Shown here: one piece after another, positions 61,092-64,000 of the stretch
How the letters are laid out: each line of letters opens with the position of its first letter
Position numbering within the stretch: the first letter of the stretch is position 1
Translations under genes and position numbers: made by a program
The notes under the pieces: model-generated
Database searches by the model: none
Told to the model about the DNA's origin: nothing
What the model saw: the letters and a program-made list of their open reading frames with translations, nothing else
Virus record (IMG/VR): IMGVR_UViG_3300025154_000071
Location: 1 to 64,000 of that record
Origin: a virus
Taxonomy: Duplodnaviria > Caudoviricetes
Direction: 5' to 3' (one strand)
Length of the DNA: 64,000 nucleotides

Positions 61092-61489
61092 GTTATTTTA
61101 ACAATTATTTTAGAATATTTATATTTTTTAGAACATCCTCAAAATATAGATTAAATATAGTATTATCGAAATATTAGTATATTATATAATGTATATATAT
61201 GATATATAATCAATATATAATGGTAGATATTTCACCTTAAGACCGCTTGACCGTATTTGTATCAATTTGAGAATATTTGTATCAAAATGAGAGCGCTCAA
61301 TGATATCAAGTGTTATCGGCATGCATCCTTGAAGCCAGGCTCTACCACTGCATTATTAGTTTATTTGAATATTCTGATATTCTGAAAACATGCGTGCATA
61401 AAGGATTATGAGCAGGGGGGGTTGTAATAGGAGAAATTTTTTGAGGGGCATGAGGGCTTAACAGTACACATATACAAGTGGGTTAAAAA

Positions 61490-61559
61490 TCAACCCCACC
61501 CTACGTTTTCATAGATTCTCCCTCATATATAAGTGACCATCTTTTCAACCCCACCCTAC
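61490..61559. repeat. 15-bp direct repeat x2
   Basis: TCAACCCCACCCTAC at 61490 and 61545. Confidence 0.85.
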
Positions 61560-61634
61560 AGTAACACAGTCTTTATCGCACATAAACGAGCATAATCCGG
61601 TGGTTATCCTGCATATAGAGCAATCTATAAATTA

Positions 61635-61668
61635 TGCACAAAATATGTGCATGCACTAAAATAGTGCA
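61635..61668. promoter_or_regulatory. Two abutting 17-bp palindromes (operator-like)
   Basis: TGCAC-N7-GTGCA at 61635-61651 and 61652-61668. Confidence 0.5.
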
Positions 61669-62049
61669 TATCTTATATAGTATGTCTCCCAAAACCGACA
61701 CTGTAGGAAAATCCTATGTTGGCTCAAGCCGACACTATTTATTCTAAACAATCTAAATTCTCATAACATGCATGGGGTAATTGAGCTTTAGCATACCGAA
61801 GCATTAATAAAGCGAAGCGTATTAATGCGAGGATATGATACAGCTCAATTGGGATCAGGACATAGCGATATGCTCGTAATAACGCTCATAAAACGCTATA
61901 CACGGTATATAGGCTGGTGCATGGGTAATGTAAAGGAAGTAGATGAATCTGATGGCGTAATGCTCTTAGATGGCCTTATTTAAAAGGATAATGATAGGTA
62001 GTGCATAGTAGGTGTATAGGTAAAGGAGATAATAATAATAAGTGGTATA

Positions 62050-62169
62050 AATAACAAAAAAGCCTTACAAGGAGCGAAGTAAGGCTTTTCTGCTTAGGAG
62101 GCTGTGTACATCAATGAAATCCAAGAATTAGATTCAGTGACCGGAATAAACAAATGGAGATCAGTCATC
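62050..62169 (-). ncRNA. Candidate ~115-nt small RNA
   Basis: Promoter TTGACA(62204)-17 bp-TAGGAT(62181) with TG extension; terminator stem 62058-62089 followed by a U-tract; only an RBS-less ~24-codon ORF inside. Confidence 0.5.
62056..62089. terminator. Possibly bidirectional intrinsic terminator
   Basis: AAAAGCCTTAC-10 nt-GTAAGGCTTTT with A/T tracts on both sides. Confidence 0.75.
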
Positions 62170-62790
62170 AATATAATCCTAACAAATAAATATGATGATG
62201 TCAAGAATAAATAGAAAATAAAATGAAATATTTTAAAATATTCCTTAAAAACAATTGGTGACAGGTCTTAACGTAAACCACTCCCCAATGGGCGTAGCAA
62301 CATATTGCTCTCCCATTCAAAACTCTTATAAACATTGATTGGTCATAATCCTAAATAAATGTCAAGTTAAATTATTAACTATTTTTATATTTAAACCAGG
62401 GATATGTTAATAAAAGATTGGAATGTTAACATGAAAGATTTATTGCAAACCTATGCCTTAAAATAATCATTTCCTTGCGAAGTAATAGGTCATCGAGTTA
62501 AGCTCCGATAAATGAATCCTTAGAAATACTAAATCGTTTTTAGATACCTTTCTGAGCGTTATAGAGTATATATTAAAATATCCAATGAAATCATAATATA
62601 GTGGAAGCGATATAAATATTAATAGGGAATAAGATAAAGAGAATAGCTATACTACACTATAGTAGTATAGAGTAATGATATATATTTATATTTATGATTA
62701 TGTTACTATTTATTTATAATATATTATTTACGAGTTAATTTAATTTATTAAATTAATGAGTAAATAATATAATTAGCATAGCATTATAAT

Positions 62791-62827
62791 CGCGCGCGCG
62801 AATATCTGCGCACACGCACACGCACGT
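62791..62827. repeat. Alternating purine-pyrimidine tract
   Basis: (CG)5...GCGCACACGCACACGCACG next to a very AT-rich stretch. Confidence 0.8.
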
Positions 62828-62990
62828 ATCAGATACTAAAAGTGAATTGACTCTCATTTACGGCAAATAACAATAAAGATATACTTGAAAGATAGCGTGG
62901 TTATTGGCGCTCGGCAAGTGCATATGAAATATCTAATCAGTTCGTTGCCATTGCTATAAAAATATTTTTATATAAATTATTAAAAAGTTC

Positions 62991-63020
62991 TTGACATTCA
63001 ATTTATGTTTATGGTAGAAT
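62991..63020 (+). promoter_or_regulatory. Rightward sigma70 promoter
   Basis: TTGACA-18 bp-TAGAAT with TG extension and an A-rich UP region. Confidence 0.7.
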
Positions 63021-63041
63021 TAAAATTAAGGGGGTGAGGTT

Positions 63042-63218
63042 ATGGAACGGCAAAAAGTCAAACAGCTTATTATCCATTTGCCAGTTGATGTACATAAGAG
63101 TTTAAAAATTCTTTGTGCAGAGCGGCAAGAAACAATGTCGGGAACAATCGCAGAATTAATTCAAACACACGTTAACTTATATAAAATGGAGAAATTTGAT
63201 GAGAAAGATAAACTATAA
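63042..63218 (+). CDS. Ribbon-helix-helix protein 1 (ParG/CopG-like)
   Basis: KQLIIHLPVDVHKSLKILCAERQETMSGTIAELI; GGGGTGAGG RBS. Confidence 0.75.
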   Translation: MERQKVKQLIIHLPVDVHKSLKILCAERQETMSGTIAELIQTHVNLYKMEKFDEKDKL

Positions 63219-63354
63219 TGACAAGATGATCGTATTGGGATATGACACTCATAAAAAAATAAAACTAAGAGCATTCGAAGAGGGGAAAACAATTAAGAGA
63301 TTGATGCAGGAGGTTGTAGATGTCTACTGCCGAACGCCGCACAAAAGAGATTAG
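63199..63354 (+). CDS. Ribbon-helix-helix-like protein 2
   Basis: KMIVLGYDTHKKIKLRAFEEGKTIKRLMQEVV. Confidence 0.65.
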   Translation: MRKINYNDKMIVLGYDTHKKIKLRAFEEGKTIKRLMQEVVDVYCRTPHKRD

Positions 63355-63511
63355 AGAGGTTAGAATTTATATGCCACTCGAACAACATTGTTTTTACAAA
63401 GCATTGGCGGCAAGCATAGGAGTAAGTCTTTCGAAGATTATAGAGATAGAGTTAGAGGCTGGCAAAATAAGAAGGGAAGAAAAAGGAGATAAAAATAATT
63501 ATGACCGTTAA
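63320..63511 (+). CDS. Ribbon-helix-helix-like protein 3
   Basis: EVRIYMPLEQHCFYKALAASIGVSLSKIIE; AGGAGG RBS. Confidence 0.7.
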   Translation: MSTAERRTKEIREVRIYMPLEQHCFYKALAASIGVSLSKIIEIELEAGKIRREEKGDKNNYDR

Positions 63512-63635
63512 AGCAGAAAAGAAGAAATTAATAGGTGGCTATGTTCCTGATGACATTATGGAAAAATTTATACAATTTAAAAAAGATAACAACCTAAACT
63601 CATCATCGGCAATAACTAAAATTATAGAATGGTAA
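63501..63635 (+). CDS. Ribbon-helix-helix-like protein 4
   Basis: KLIGGYVPDDIMEKFIQFKKDNNLNSSSAITKII; AAGGAG RBS. Confidence 0.65.
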   Translation: MTVKAEKKKLIGGYVPDDIMEKFIQFKKDNNLNSSSAITKIIEW

Positions 63636-63648
63636 AGGAGTAGTCAAA

Positions 63649-63792
63649 ATGAAATTAAGTAATTGGGAACAGATGTTATGCTTACTTGCTTATGGAATGG
63701 CTGCTAAATTTCTTAATGGTGGTCTCGAAATGTTTATAGGTTGCATTTCAATAGCAGTATTTATGACAGTAACAAAGAAGGAGCAAAAATGA
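63649..63792 (+). CDS. 47-aa membrane peptide
   Basis: AAGGAG RBS; hydrophobic; ATGA overlap with the next ORF. Confidence 0.55.
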   Translation: MKLSNWEQMLCLLAYGMAAKFLNGGLEMFIGCISIAVFMTVTKKEQK

Positions 63793-64000
63793 AATCAAAA
63801 AGAGAGTTACCTTTTCCGAATGCTAAGCTAGAAAAGAAAGCAATTAAAAGGGTTCATGAGTCAGCGATGCAATTCCTCCAAGAGAGTATGAATGCCTATC
63901 CAGACGATATAGACATTTTATATAACACTAGGTATGAAGCTTTATGCTTTTATAACGGTTGCGAAGGCACAACGGCAGCAGATAAATTCTTTAAGATCGT
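63789..64000 (+). CDS. Hypothetical protein, runs off the window
   Basis: AAGGAG RBS; frame open to base 64000. Confidence 0.55.
   Translation, partial: MKSKRELPFPNAKLEKKAIKRVHESAMQFLQESMNAYPDDIDILYNTRYEALCFYNGCEGTTAADKFFKI

Noticed and set aside
1-64000. Stop-codon reassignment
   Set aside because: Long conserved genes are intact in the standard code, and TAA, TAG and TGA all end genes at coupled junctions.
1-64000. tRNA, tmRNA or rRNA genes
   Set aside because: No T-arm/cloverleaf, tmRNA ends or rRNA signatures recognised by eye; a tRNAscan/Aragorn run would be decisive.

Overview
AT-rich segment of a large tailed dsDNA phage, or phage-plasmid, of an anaerobic bacterium (class III RNR, sigma70-type promoters, AGGAG RBS). 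1-11.4 kb (+): end of a late region with tail-like and signal-peptide proteins, lysis genes (amidase, holin-like), homing endonucleases and a stand-alone receiver domain. 11.4-39.8 kb (-): replication, recombination and nucleotide metabolism (PMI, DnaG-type primase, Ski2/Hel308-like helicase, NrdDG, SbcC-like ATPase, dUTPase, RNA ligase, RusA, Cas4-like nuclease, ThyX, DnaE, SSB, DnaB, Sak4-like ATPase). 39.8-60.8 kb (-): dense small accessory ORFs around a RepB-primase-type replication gene. 60.8-63 kb: divergent non-coding control region, followed on + by four tandem ribbon-helix-helix genes. No terminase, capsid, integrase, tRNA, CRISPR array or reverse transcriptase is seen. The strongest unexplained signals are non-coding: a ~0.9 kb heavily base-paired minus-strand RNA (59.3-60.15 kb), a plasmid-style ~55 nt antisense RNA over the rep leader (46.7 kb), and a ~115 nt promoter-to-terminator RNA with anti-SD motifs (62.1 kb). 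Protein calls come from motifs read by eye; no database search was run.
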